The notes under the pieces are model-generated. The model saw nothing but the letters and a program-made list of their open reading frames with translations. It made no database searches and had not been told where the DNA came from. A stretch of 57,945 nucleotides of DNA, from assembly GCA_024277895.1 (NCBI GenBank), contig JAJRUH010000181.1:1-57945 (forward strand), read 5' to 3'. Source of the stretch: Bacteroidota bacterium (lineage in GTDB: Bacteria; Bacteroidota; Bacteroidia; Bacteroidales; JAADGE01). Below, one piece after another: positions 7,905 to 17,810 of this stretch. Made by a program: the position numbers and the translations under genes. Within the stretch, counting starts at the first letter, position 1. The number at the start of each line of letters is the position of its first letter.

Positions 7905-8948
7905 ATGAAATTAACAAAATTACTAATCGTATTATTTTTACTTATGACTTTTCAAAAAACTTTTGCACAATTTCCGGAAGGAGTAAATTTCATCAATGCA
8001 AAACCTAATACCGTCACAACTTTTTCGGGAAATTTATCTTCCGGAAAATTCATAAATGACTTAAGTTGGGCATCAAAGAGTTCGGTTGCGTGTTTTCCCG
8101 CTACACAAAATAAAAAATTTACCGGCAAACACGTATTACACGGTTTTAAAATTCCTCCTTATTCGGAAGTCTATGTAAGTGTTATTCCGAAAGAAAGGAA
8201 TAAAAATTTCAGTATTTACGGATACCAAGTCGGAGCAAACAGCTATCCCGTGGTTCCGAATTTAACTTCCTGCGTTTCATGCGAAGCCGAACACAAGTGG
8301 GATTACAAAAAAGCCGGGAAAACACAAGACCATACTCGAACAATTCGATTTAATTCCACAAATCACCCTTACAATATTTTTATAGGAGTAACAGGTGCCG
8401 ACGGGCTTGCCGAAGGAGAATACACATTGGAAATAAACCTTAAATCAAGAGTTCAAAACAAAGAAGAACAAAAACCGCTTAAAATGTATTCCGCTAAAAG
8501 CGTAAAAGGCAAAACCGTTGCATACAAAGGAGATTTGGCTGACGGAGTAAAAATTCACGATTTAAGATGGGCATCAAGAAGTTCGGTTGCGTGTTTTCCC
8601 GCTACGCAAAATCATAAATTTACGGGGAACCACATAATTTACATTACCGAAATTCCGCCGCATTCTAAAATGGACATAACAGTTATTCCCGACGATAAAA
8701 ACAAAAATATGAGCATTTACGCATATATGGTCGGATTAAACAACAATGCCATGGTTCCGAATTTATCTTCTTGCGTTACCTGCGAGGCAGAACATAACCG
8801 GGACTACAAAAAAAGAGGTAAAACACAAGATCATACCAGAACAGTACATTTAAATGCAATAAACAATCCCTACAAAGTTGTTATAGGGGTTGCCGGAGCA
8901 GACGGATTAACCGAAGGAAGTTTTATTTTGAAAATAAAAACCGAATAG
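7905..8948 (+). CDS. Secreted hypothetical protein made of two tandem Cys-containing repeats of about 150 aa
   Basis: The ATG at 7905 gives a signal peptide (MKLTKLLIVLFLLMTFQKTFAQ). Internal duplication is visible: DLSWASKSSVACFPATQNKKFTG / DLRWASRSSVACFPATQNHKFTG, and NLTSCVSCEAEHKWDYKKAGKTQDHTRT / NLSSCVTCEAEHNRDYKKRGKTQDHTRT. Confidence 0.7.
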   Translation: MKLTKLLIVLFLLMTFQKTFAQFPEGVNFINAKPNTVTTFSGNLSSGKFINDLSWASKSSVACFPATQNKKFTGKHVLHGFKIPPYSEVYVSVIPKERNKNFSIYGYQVGANSYPVVPNLTSCVSCEAEHKWDYKKAGKTQDHTRTIRFNSTNHPYNIFIGVTGADGLAEGEYTLEINLKSRVQNKEEQKPLKMYSAKSVKGKTVAYKGDLADGVKIHDLRWASRSSVACFPATQNHKFTGNHIIYITEIPPHSKMDITVIPDDKNKNMSIYAYMVGLNNNAMVPNLSSCVTCEAEHNRDYKKRGKTQDHTRTVHLNAINNPYKVVIGVAGADGLTEGSFILKIKTE

Positions 8949-8951
8949 TTT

Positions 8952-9389
8952 TTGGAAATAAAAGAAATAAAATACCTGTCTTCCGAATATGAGCAAGCTC
9001 TTGAATTAAGAGATAAAATTTTGAGAAAACCGCTCGGAATGAAGTTAACGGAAGAATTTTGCCGGCAAGATAAAGAAGATTTTATTTTCGGAATATTTGA
9101 AAAAAATCGGATAAGGGCGATATTACATTTAAAGCCCTTATCCGATTCTGTTTTAAAAATGAGACAAGTTGCCGTTGACAATACGCTGCAAGGAAAAGGA
9201 TACGGCAGCAAACTTGTTATGTTTTCGGAAAGATTTGCCCGAAATAATAATTACAAAAAGATTGTTCTTCATGCCCGCAAAAATGCCGTTCCTTTCTATC
9301 TCAAATTAAACTATAAAATTACGAGTGATGAGTTTTATGAAATAGGAATTTTGCATTTTAATATGGAGAAAACTATTTTGCATTTTTAA
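8952..9389 (+). CDS. GNAT family N-acetyltransferase
   Basis: 145 aa with acetyl-CoA binding motif A (QVAVDNTLQGKGYGSKLV). TTG start as given by the ORF track. Confidence 0.8.
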   Translation: MEIKEIKYLSSEYEQALELRDKILRKPLGMKLTEEFCRQDKEDFIFGIFEKNRIRAILHLKPLSDSVLKMRQVAVDNTLQGKGYGSKLVMFSERFARNNNYKKIVLHARKNAVPFYLKLNYKITSDEFYEIGILHFNMEKTILHF

Positions 9390-9403
9390 CGTGAATTCGA
9401 TAT

Positions 9404-9435
9404 AAAAAAGCCGCCTGATTTCAGGCGGCTTAAAA
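9404..9435. terminator. Bidirectional intrinsic terminator
   Basis: AAAAAAGCCGCCTGA-TT-TCAGGCGGCTTAAAAA. A 9-10 bp GC-rich stem flanked by an A-run and a T/A-run, between convergent genes. Confidence 0.85.
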
Positions 9436-9450
9436 ATTTCAGAGGTTAAT

Positions 9451-12240
9451 TTACTTTGTATTCGTCGGAATCAAGATAATGCTCAAATAATAATCATGAA
9501 GCAATTTTTCGGCTTGCTTTTTTAATATTTTTTTATTTAAAGAATCCGCAATATCCGAATAACTCGTTACGAAATCCGGTTTACCTCCGGTTTGATACAT
9601 ATACAACAGTTGATTTATCCAATATTTGTTTGTCTTAATATTTGTTTCGTATTCGCGTTTCAATTTTTCAATTGTTTTTTGCATCTCTTCATCGGGTATT
9701 TCAACTGACGAAAAGTTTTTGGCAATTCTCATAATTCGTTTATTTACTTTTGAAACATTTTCGGGAGAACTGCTGAAAAAGATACCTATTGTGTATTGAT
9801 TGTTTACAAGAGATTTAAAACTTGAATTTGCCGAAATGCTGTATGTCCACTGATTTTTTTCTCTTATTTGATCCAGTAAACTGTCAGTCAAGACAAAAGA
9901 AAGTGCTTTCAGGTAAATCTGATTTTTTAAATTTTGCTTTGCGGTACCGGAAAATATAGTATAAACCAAACTTTTAGGATCTGAACCTTTTTTGGCATAA
10001 ACCTTTTTTGTTTTCTTCGGAATTAATAAATCCGGATGTTGAATTGTTTCTTTTTTATCAACAGAAGATAAACTTCCGAGATATTTTTCTATCAACGGTT
10101 TAATTTTTCCCGGATCTATGTTTCCCGTAAATATAAATGTAAAACTTCCCGGGTCAGAAAATCTTTCTTTGTATATTTTTTCTGCTTTTTTATTATCAAT
10201 CTTCGGTAAATCTTTCAAAGTCATAGGTGTCATAAAGGGACTGTGGTTATATATATTTGAAAATAAAGAATCTCTCCAAACAGATTGAGGGCTGTTAGCC
10301 GAATTTGTAAGAATTGTTTTTTGTTGTTGTATGTATGTTTGAAAAGCATCATCGTCAAATCGCGGTTGCATAAAATATAAATAAGTTAATTGCATCATAA
10401 CAGGGAAATCATCAATGGTGGAATTGCCGTTAATTCCTTCTGTTGACAAACTAACAAAAGGAGAGCAGGAAACTTGCTTATCGGAAAGAAATTTTGACAA
10501 CTGAATATTATTAAAATCTCCTACACCGCTGTTATCGGCTATATCGGCACAATTTTTTGCATTAATAATGTCATTCGGATAAAGAGAATATCCACCATAA
10601 CTGTATGCTTTCATTAATATTTCATTATCTTTAAATTCAGTCGGTTTCAAAACAACTTTTATTCCGTTATTCAAAGTCCAAATGGTTGTTCCGGTAACAT
10701 CATCCTTTTTTTCGTTTACAACTTTTCCCGCTGCCGGTTCTTTTGAAATTAACTTATCGCTTATTTTATCTTCAACATAAGCTTTTATATCAGATTTTTC
10801 AGTAGTATTATAAGTGTCCAATATCTCTTTTTCGGAAGGAACATCTATTTTGGGAGCAGTAAGAGTAATAACTGTATTTTTATCAATTACCATCTTATCA
10901 ATAGCTTTATTTACATCATTTAATGTAATTTCAGGCAAATAAGTTCGGTATAATTTATATTTTAAATCGAAACTGTAAGCCGGAGATTTTGAAAGTCCGA
11001 AATTTTCATGCAGAATCCTTGCCCATTTATCTGATGACAGTTTTTTCTTATCGTCAAACTGTTTTTTTACATCACTGAGAAGAACTTTTTTTTGTCTTTC
11101 CAATTCGCTTTGAGTATAACCGAATTTTTTAGCTCTTTGAATCTCTTCGGTTCCTTTTGTAACGGCATCTAATATTTTATCATTCTTAACTATTGCAAAA
11201 AAATTAAAAGCAGATTTTTTTCCGAGAAACTGACCGTATCCCACACCTACATACGCAAAAGGAGCATCGGGTTTTTTAGATAATTCAGAGAATCTCATAT
11301 TTAACATTCCGGTTGCTAATTCGTCAATAATTTGTTTTTTCAAATCTGCATATGTTTTTATCGTACTAAATTTGTTTTTCATATATATTGACAATATTGT
11401 ATAAGGAGCTTCTTTATCGGTTGCAACTTTTACAATGGTTTTTTTATGATCCGGTATTTCAGGATAAATTCTTGCCCGTTCGTTTTTTCTTGCAGGTATT
11501 TGACTGAAAAGTTTTTTAACCTGTTCGGTAACTTTATCTGCATCAAAATCTCCGACAACAATAACTGCTTGTAAATCCGGACGATACCAATCTTTATAAA
11601 AATTTCTTAAATTATCGGGAGGGCAATGCATAAAAACAGTTGTGTCTCCTATCGGCAAACGTTTTGCGTATAATGATTTATATAAAACAGCCGGAAAAGT
11701 TTGTCGTGTAAGCCTGTCTTGTGCTCCGCGACCTAAACGCCATTCTTCACGTATAACACCGCGCTCTGCGTTTATTTCATCAGTTTCATAGCTTACATTA
11801 GAAGCCCAATCGTAAATTACCTGAAGTCCTTTTGAAAGATAACCTACTGAGTCTAAGGGAATTTCAATCATATACACTGTTTCGTCAAAACTTGTATATG
11901 CATTCAAATCAGCCCCGAAACGCATTCCTAAAGATTCGAGGAATTCGATAAGTTTATGTTTAGGGAAATTTTTTGTTCCGTTAAAAGCCATATGTTCACA
12001 CATATGAGCCAATCCGCGTTGATTATCATTTTCTAAAACAGAACCGGCATTAACAACTAATTGTAAATAAGCTCTGTTTTCAGGTTTATCATTATGCCGA
12101 ACATAATATGTTAAACCGTTGTCTAATTTTCCGTAATGAACATCTTTATCCAAAGGTAAAGCATCGTTCGGATTAAAGTTTTGAGCAAATCCCGCAAAAA
12201 ACAAGGATGCAAAAAACAGTACTAAAACATTTTTTTTCAT
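9451..12240 (-). CDS. M16 (insulinase/pitrilysin) family zinc peptidase, double-length
   Basis: 929 aa with a signal peptide and the inverted zinc motif HxxEH (HMCEHMAFNGT). Confidence 0.9.
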   Translation of the reverse strand: MKKNVLVLFFASLFFAGFAQNFNPNDALPLDKDVHYGKLDNGLTYYVRHNDKPENRAYLQLVVNAGSVLENDNQRGLAHMCEHMAFNGTKNFPKHKLIEFLESLGMRFGADLNAYTSFDETVYMIEIPLDSVGYLSKGLQVIYDWASNVSYETDEINAERGVIREEWRLGRGAQDRLTRQTFPAVLYKSLYAKRLPIGDTTVFMHCPPDNLRNFYKDWYRPDLQAVIVVGDFDADKVTEQVKKLFSQIPARKNERARIYPEIPDHKKTIVKVATDKEAPYTILSIYMKNKFSTIKTYADLKKQIIDELATGMLNMRFSELSKKPDAPFAYVGVGYGQFLGKKSAFNFFAIVKNDKILDAVTKGTEEIQRAKKFGYTQSELERQKKVLLSDVKKQFDDKKKLSSDKWARILHENFGLSKSPAYSFDLKYKLYRTYLPEITLNDVNKAIDKMVIDKNTVITLTAPKIDVPSEKEILDTYNTTEKSDIKAYVEDKISDKLISKEPAAGKVVNEKKDDVTGTTIWTLNNGIKVVLKPTEFKDNEILMKAYSYGGYSLYPNDIINAKNCADIADNSGVGDFNNIQLSKFLSDKQVSCSPFVSLSTEGINGNSTIDDFPVMMQLTYLYFMQPRFDDDAFQTYIQQQKTILTNSANSPQSVWRDSLFSNIYNHSPFMTPMTLKDLPKIDNKKAEKIYKERFSDPGSFTFIFTGNIDPGKIKPLIEKYLGSLSSVDKKETIQHPDLLIPKKTKKVYAKKGSDPKSLVYTIFSGTAKQNLKNQIYLKALSFVLTDSLLDQIREKNQWTYSISANSSFKSLVNNQYTIGIFFSSSPENVSKVNKRIMRIAKNFSSVEIPDEEMQKTIEKLKREYETNIKTNKYWINQLLYMYQTGGKPDFVTSYSDIADSLNKKILKKQAEKLLHDYYLSIILIPTNTK

Positions 12241-12283
12241 TTTTTGATATTTTTAATTTTTAAAATAATGTAAATATATGTTG

Positions 12284-13672
12284 TTAAATATGAATAACCT
12301 CTCCGTAAGCCGCTGCCGCCGCCTCCATAATTGCCTCCGACATTGTAGGATGCGGATGTATTGATTTTATTAAATCGTGCCCTTTTGCTCCGAGTTTTAA
12401 AGAAACTACGGCTTCGGCAATCATTTCCGTTACGTTAAGTCCCACAAAATGTGCTCCGACCAACTCGTCGGTTTTTGCATCAAAAATAAGTTTGATAAAA
12501 CCGTCACGGTTGCCTGCTGCGGTAGCTTTTCCGGATGCCGTATAAGGAAATTTTCCGATTTTTACTTCGTAACCCTTTTCAATTGCCTGTTTTTCCGTTA
12601 AACCGACAGAGGCAACTTCGGGTGTGGTGTAAACAGCTCCGGGAACTTTGCCGTAATCTACGGGAGGCGGATTTAATCCCGCTATTTTTTCAACACAGGT
12701 AATTCCTTCTGCGGAAGCAACGTGTGCAAGTGCTTGTCCGAGAACAATATCGCCTATGGCATAAACGCCTTCAATGTTTGTTCTGTAATACTCGTCAACT
12801 TTTATTTTTCCTTTTTCAAGTTCAATACCGGTTTCTTCCAAACCTATATTTTCCAAATTCGGAACAACACCGACGGCAGACAAAACAATATCTGCTTCAA
12901 GCGTTATTTCTTTTCCTTTTGAATTAACGAAGGCAATACATTTTTCGCCGGAAATATCGACTTTTTCCACTGCCGAAGATACCATAACTTTTATTTTGGC
13001 TTTTTTAAGCGACCTGCCTATTTGTTTTGAAACATCTTCATCTTCAAGTGGTAATACATTGGGTAAAAACTCGACCAATGTAACTTGTGTTCCTATTGAA
13101 TTATAAAAAAATGCCAATTCGGTTCCTATTGCTCCGGAACCGACTACTATCATACTTTCGGGTTGTTTTTTGAGAGTTAATGCTTCCCTGTATCCTATTA
13201 TTTTTTTGCCGTCTTGTTTTAAATTCGGCAGTTGTTTTGATCGTGAGCCGGTTGCCAAAATAATGTGTTTTGCCGTATATTTTTCAATATTTCCTTCGGT
13301 ATCGGCAACTTCAATCGTATTTTTCCCGGCAAGTTTCCCGAAACCTTGCAATACGGTAATTTTATTTTTCTTAAACAAATATTGAACACCTTTGCTCATT
13401 TGCCCGGCAATTCCTCGGCTTCTTTCAATTATTTTTGAAAAATCGGCTTTATAATTTTCAACACTTATTCCGTAATTTTCGGAATGTTTGATATAATCGT
13501 AAACCTGTGCACTTTTAAGCAACGATTTTGTGGGAATACATCCCCAATTTAAACAAACTCCGCCTATTTCGGCTTTTTCGACAACGGCAACATTCATTCC
13601 GAGTTGCGATGCTCTTATTGCGGCAACGTATCCGCCGGGCCCGCTTCCTATAATTATTATGTCGTAATTCAT
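12284..13672 (-). CDS. lpdA: Dihydrolipoyl dehydrogenase
   Basis: Motifs IIIGSGPGGYVAA, the redox-active disulfide GGVCLNWGCIPTK, and C-terminal HPHPTMSE. Confidence 0.93.
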   Translation of the reverse strand: MNYDIIIIGSGPGGYVAAIRASQLGMNVAVVEKAEIGGVCLNWGCIPTKSLLKSAQVYDYIKHSENYGISVENYKADFSKIIERSRGIAGQMSKGVQYLFKKNKITVLQGFGKLAGKNTIEVADTEGNIEKYTAKHIILATGSRSKQLPNLKQDGKKIIGYREALTLKKQPESMIVVGSGAIGTELAFFYNSIGTQVTLVEFLPNVLPLEDEDVSKQIGRSLKKAKIKVMVSSAVEKVDISGEKCIAFVNSKGKEITLEADIVLSAVGVVPNLENIGLEETGIELEKGKIKVDEYYRTNIEGVYAIGDIVLGQALAHVASAEGITCVEKIAGLNPPPVDYGKVPGAVYTTPEVASVGLTEKQAIEKGYEVKIGKFPYTASGKATAAGNRDGFIKLIFDAKTDELVGAHFVGLNVTEMIAEAVVSLKLGAKGHDLIKSIHPHPTMSEAIMEAAAAAYGEVIHI

Positions 13673-13762
13673 TTTATTCAGTTAAAAGGTAAAAGTGTAA
13701 AGTTAAAAATTTTGTTATGTGAAAATGTTATTCCCGAGTTTCTAATTCTCGACTACTTTCTG

Positions 13763-14605
13763 CTAAACTGCTTTCAAACTCAAATCCAAACTTTTAATTT
13801 GATGTGTTAATGCTCCTACGGAAACAAAATCGACACCGCATTCGGCATAACTTCTGATAGTTTCGAGAGTGATGCCTCCGGAAGACTCGGTTTCGTATTT
13901 TCCGGCAATCATTTTGACGGCTTTTTTTGTGTCTTCAACACTGAAATTATCAAGCATAATTCGATGTACTTTTCCTACTTTCAAAACTTCGTTTAGCTCA
14001 TCAAAATTACGAACTTCAACTTCAATTTTTATGTTTTTGTTCTTTTTTTTAAGATAATCGACAACTTTGTTAATTGCTTTTTCTATGCCTCCGGCAAAAT
14101 CAATATGGTTGTCTTTGAGCATCACCATATCGTAAAGTCCCATTCTGTGATTTGTTCCGCCGCCGATTTCTACGGCAAGTTTTTCGATATGTCTTAATCC
14201 CGGAGTTGTTTTTCGGGTATCGAGAACTTTGGTCGGCAAATCTTTGATAATTTCGGCATATTTTGCCGTTTGCGAAGCAATTCCGCTCATTCTTTGCATA
14301 AAATTCAGCAGCAAACGTTCTGCCTGCAAAATGGAAATTACTTTTCCGGAAACAGTAAAAGCAATATCGCCCGGTTTAATTTTTGTTCCGTCTTTAAGAA
14401 AAATTTTCATCTTTAAATCGGGGTCAATTTTTCTGATAATTTCTTTTGTAATTTCGACACCGGCAAGTATTCCTTCTTCTTTCACGAGAAGTTTTACTTT
14501 GCCTTGTTCCGTTTCCGGAATGCACGAAAGCGACGAATGGTCGCCGTCGCCGATGTCTTCGGCAATTGCCAAATCAATTAATTTGTCGATAAATTTATTT
14601 GTCAT
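13763..14605 (-). CDS. nadC: Nicotinate-nucleotide diphosphorylase (carboxylating)
   Basis: 280 aa with typical QPRTase motifs (TRKTTPGLR, MLDNF, SSGGIT). Confidence 0.92.
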   Translation of the reverse strand: MTNKFIDKLIDLAIAEDIGDGDHSSLSCIPETEQGKVKLLVKEEGILAGVEITKEIIRKIDPDLKMKIFLKDGTKIKPGDIAFTVSGKVISILQAERLLLNFMQRMSGIASQTAKYAEIIKDLPTKVLDTRKTTPGLRHIEKLAVEIGGGTNHRMGLYDMVMLKDNHIDFAGGIEKAINKVVDYLKKKNKNIKIEVEVRNFDELNEVLKVGKVHRIMLDNFSVEDTKKAVKMIAGKYETESSGGITLETIRSYAECGVDFVSVGALTHQIKSLDLSLKAV

Positions 14606-15326
14606 CCTCAGTTTTTTTTAATTTTTCAGCTAATAATTTATTTAGTTTGTCGTGAAATTGCACAAAATCATCCGGAAATTTATCAAATGCAGCGACCTCA
14701 ATAATTGCAACAGTTTCATTACCGGATAAAATCGGAATAAATAACAGACTTTTAGGAGAACCTGCACCCAAACCGGAAACAACCTTAATATAATCTTCCG
14801 GAATATCGCTTATTTGTTTTATTTTTTTATTTTTTGCAACTTGCCCCGAAATTCCTTCCCCTTCAGAAAAATCGTGAATTTTATTGCTGTTATACATTGC
14901 ATAAGTTGCATTAACTTTAAATTTATCTTTATCTTTTACATAAACCAAACCCTGAACAATATAAAATTCCTTTGCAAAAGCTTTTAAAATAAGTTCTGAA
15001 AATTTTTTATCCGGTCTTGGTCTTTCAAGTTCAGAAATAATATTATTGATTTTAGTTTCTGTTTCGTTTATATCTTTTTTAATTGTCAACTCAATATCTT
15101 CTTTTTCTTTCGCTGTACCTTGCTTTTTTATGTATATTTTTTCCGTTTGAAACTTAAAAGTAAAAACAAACAACAATAAAACAGACAAAAACAATCCGCC
15201 GAAATAAATAAAGATTTTATTTTCATCCAAACTCCCGGAGGTTTCGGGAAAAATAAGTCGAATAAAAAATAAAGATGAAATAAAAAGAACAGTCGATACT
15301 ATTTTTCTTACAATATTTTTAGACAT
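14595..15326 (-). CDS. Membrane protein with two N-terminal TM helices, a charged helical linker and a C-terminal GAF-like domain
   Basis: 243 aa with hydrophobic segments at the N terminus and a GAF-like C terminus (GEGISGQVAKNKK...LLFIPILSGNETVAIIEVAAF). It overlaps cheB by 8 nt and nadC by 11 nt. Confidence 0.65.
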   Translation of the reverse strand: MSKNIVRKIVSTVLFISSLFFIRLIFPETSGSLDENKIFIYFGGLFLSVLLLFVFTFKFQTEKIYIKKQGTAKEKEDIELTIKKDINETETKINNIISELERPRPDKKFSELILKAFAKEFYIVQGLVYVKDKDKFKVNATYAMYNSNKIHDFSEGEGISGQVAKNKKIKQISDIPEDYIKVVSGLGAGSPKSLLFIPILSGNETVAIIEVAAFDKFPDDFVQFHDKLNKLLAEKLKKTEDDK

Positions 15327-15891
15327 TACTATTAATATTTAAAATATATTTGATAATATTTTGCGAAGATAAAATATTTTTCGTTCCCGAAATTTTAATT
15401 GCCGCTTCCGGCATTGTTGCAACAATTGCATCTTTCGGGTCTTGAGCAACGGCAATACCGCCGAAATCAATAACATCTTTCAATCCGACTGCTCCGTCAC
15501 TATTTGCACCGGACAATACAATGCCGAGCATATTATTATTAAAAGAATATGCTGCAGAACTTAAGGTTACATCAATTGACGGACGAGAATGGTTTACAAC
15601 ATCTTCCGTTGAGAGTGCAAAAGTTTTATCCGGTTCAACATACAAATGGTAATTTGCCGGAGCAATATAAACTCTGCCGGATAAAATTTTTTCTTTATCA
15701 AACGGTTCCTGAACCGGTAATTGCGATTTAATTGTCAGTGCATCGGTAAAACCTTCTTTAATATGCTTTAAGCGATGCAAAACCAAAATTAATGTGTGAG
15801 GAAAATTTTTAGGTAATGCTTCCAATATTTTCGTAACAATTTGAAAACTGCCGGCAGACCCTCCTATAACTATGTATTTAATTTCAGACAT
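15319..15891 (-). CDS. cheB: CheB-type protein-glutamate methylesterase, catalytic domain only (no receiver domain)
   Basis: 190 aa with motifs IGGSAGS, HSRPSIDV and SGANSDGAVGLKDV..GG.AVAQD. Confidence 0.78.
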   Translation of the reverse strand: MSEIKYIVIGGSAGSFQIVTKILEALPKNFPHTLILVLHRLKHIKEGFTDALTIKSQLPVQEPFDKEKILSGRVYIAPANYHLYVEPDKTFALSTEDVVNHSRPSIDVTLSSAAYSFNNNMLGIVLSGANSDGAVGLKDVIDFGGIAVAQDPKDAIVATMPEAAIKISGTKNILSSQNIIKYILNINSNV

Positions 15892-15894
15892 TTA

Positions 15895-16713
15895 TTAAAA
15901 AATTCGTTTCTTGTAAACCGATAATTTTGATGTTATTTTTTTAAACTTTCCGGACATTTGTCCTAAAATTTCTTTCTCTCCGAGAATCAGATATCCGCCT
16001 TTTTTTATACTTGCATTGATTTTGGGCAATACAGTGCTTTGCAAATCTTCATTAAAATAAATCAGGCGATTACGAAACAAAACCAGATCAAACTCTGAAA
16101 TATACTGTTGATTCATTATCTTTTCCTTTTTAAAATTCACATTTCCCCTGTAAAAATGATTAATTCTCATTTGATTTGTTTGCCCGATAAAAACATCTTC
16201 CGGATTTAACACATTATTAAGTAACTCAATATTTTTTACACACTTTTTTAAATCTTGTTGATTAAATTTTCTGTTTTTGATAAAATTTTCATTTTCACTT
16301 AAAGGGTAAGAAACTGTAATCGTAACACCCGAAGATTGGAATAATCCGAGAAAAAACATCAAAGAATAAACTTCTTCACCGCCGGTACAACAGGGAATAT
16401 GTATATTAACGTCTTTTTTTAAAAGCAGTTTAGGAAAAATCTTCTCATTTAAATAGTTCCACAATTCGGCATCTCTGAATAGTTCTGTTTGAGGGACAAA
16501 GAGAAACCTTACAAAATCGGAAACAAATTTGTCAGATTGATTAAACCGATAAATTAAATCATCAACATTAAAAACTTTTTGAGTTTTCATAAAAAGAATA
16601 ATTCTTCTCCTTTTAAATGAAAAAGCATAGTCAATAAAATCAAAATCCGAAAGTGATTTTATTTCAGAATAGACTTGATTGACATCCGGTACGAATATTT
16701 TTAATTCAGACAT
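15895..16713 (-). CDS. cheR: CheR-type protein-glutamate O-methyltransferase
   Basis: 272 aa with motifs TELFRD, CCTGGEEVYS and DLVLFRNRLIYFN. Confidence 0.8.
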   Translation of the reverse strand: MSELKIFVPDVNQVYSEIKSLSDFDFIDYAFSFKRRRIILFMKTQKVFNVDDLIYRFNQSDKFVSDFVRFLFVPQTELFRDAELWNYLNEKIFPKLLLKKDVNIHIPCCTGGEEVYSLMFFLGLFQSSGVTITVSYPLSENENFIKNRKFNQQDLKKCVKNIELLNNVLNPEDVFIGQTNQMRINHFYRGNVNFKKEKIMNQQYISEFDLVLFRNRLIYFNEDLQSTVLPKINASIKKGGYLILGEKEILGQMSGKFKKITSKLSVYKKRIF

Positions 16714-16747
16714 AAAAGAGAGATGTAAACTCCTGAGAAAAAATTAT

Positions 16748-16755
16748 TATCTTTG
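16748..16755 (+). promoter_or_regulatory. Candidate -7 promoter box TATCTTTG
   Basis: Matches TAnnTTTG 43 nt upstream of the ATG at 16798. It overlaps the ORF-track TTG start at 16753. Confidence 0.45.
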
Positions 16756-16797
16756 TTAATTCAACTATGTAAAAATAAAAATAAATTCAATATAATT

Positions 16798-17808
16798 ATG
16801 CAATACCCCAAAAAAGTAGAATTAGGAGACATAACAATCCGAGACGGGTTCCAACATGAAGAAAAATTCATTCCTACGGAAGCAAAATTATGGCTTGCGG
16901 AAGAATTAGTTTTGGCAGGATACAAGAAAATAGAAGTTACAAATTTCGGCAACCCGAAAGGAATGCCGCAATTTAAAGATGCCGATATTTTAATGAAATC
17001 AATTAGAAACAGTAAAAAATTAAAAGATAAATTGAATGATGTCGAAATAACTTGTGTTACAATAAGAGAACGAGCTATTGAACGAGCCATTGAAGCAAAA
17101 AAAGAAGGTTGGGGACCCGACAGAATTTTATTAATGGTTTCTACCAGCGAATCACATCAATATAAAAATTCAGGTTTATCTCATGCCGACTATTGGAAAA
17201 TGAGTGAAAAATACATCAAAAAAGCACATGATGCAGGTATAAAAGTTAACGGAACAGTAAGTACAATTTGGGGTTGTCCTATTGAAGGACCCACAGAGCT
17301 GAAAGATGCCGTTGAATTTACAAAAAGATGGTTAGACATAGGAGCTGACGACATAGAACATGCGGATCACGACGGAAGTGCTTCGCCTGACAGAGTTTAT
17401 AAATATTATTCAATGCTTTTAGATGCCTTACCTGACTCATCATTACATCTTGCTCATTTTCATACAACGAGAGGTTGGGGATTGGCAAATATATTGGCGG
17501 CACTGCAAGCCGGTATTACGCGCTACGAATCTACAATAGGCGGTATAGGCGGACAACCGGCAAACTTTATTGACGGAATTCCGGTTTCAGGTACCGGAAA
17601 ATATTATTATAAAGACCCGAATGCCGTAGGACTTATTACCACAGAAGATATGCTTGTAATGATGGACGAAATGGGTATTGAAACCGATATTGACATTGAT
17701 AAAATTTTGGAAATAGGAAATACGGTTGAAAAAATTGTCGGAAGACGACTTCGTTCGGAAACAATAAAAATGGGAAGAATACCTAAAAATTTATCGGGAA
17801 GAAAATAA
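16798..17808 (+). CDS. Hydroxymethylglutaryl-CoA lyase (HMGL-like family)
   Basis: I chose the ATG at 16798 (MQYPKKVELGDITIRDGFQHE). It has a TIM-barrel HMGL-like pattern with the metal ligands HFHTTRG. Confidence 0.8.
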   Translation: MQYPKKVELGDITIRDGFQHEEKFIPTEAKLWLAEELVLAGYKKIEVTNFGNPKGMPQFKDADILMKSIRNSKKLKDKLNDVEITCVTIRERAIERAIEAKKEGWGPDRILLMVSTSESHQYKNSGLSHADYWKMSEKYIKKAHDAGIKVNGTVSTIWGCPIEGPTELKDAVEFTKRWLDIGADDIEHADHDGSASPDRVYKYYSMLLDALPDSSLHLAHFHTTRGWGLANILAALQAGITRYESTIGGIGGQPANFIDGIPVSGTGKYYYKDPNAVGLITTEDMLVMMDEMGIETDIDIDKILEIGNTVEKIVGRRLRSETIKMGRIPKNLSGRK

Positions 17809-17810
17809 CA

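Noticed and set aside
12284-13672. Stand-alone lpdA with no E1/E2 genes as an anomaly
   Set aside because: Dihydrolipoyl dehydrogenase is often encoded apart from its complexes (glycine cleavage, BCKDH), so this is not unusual.
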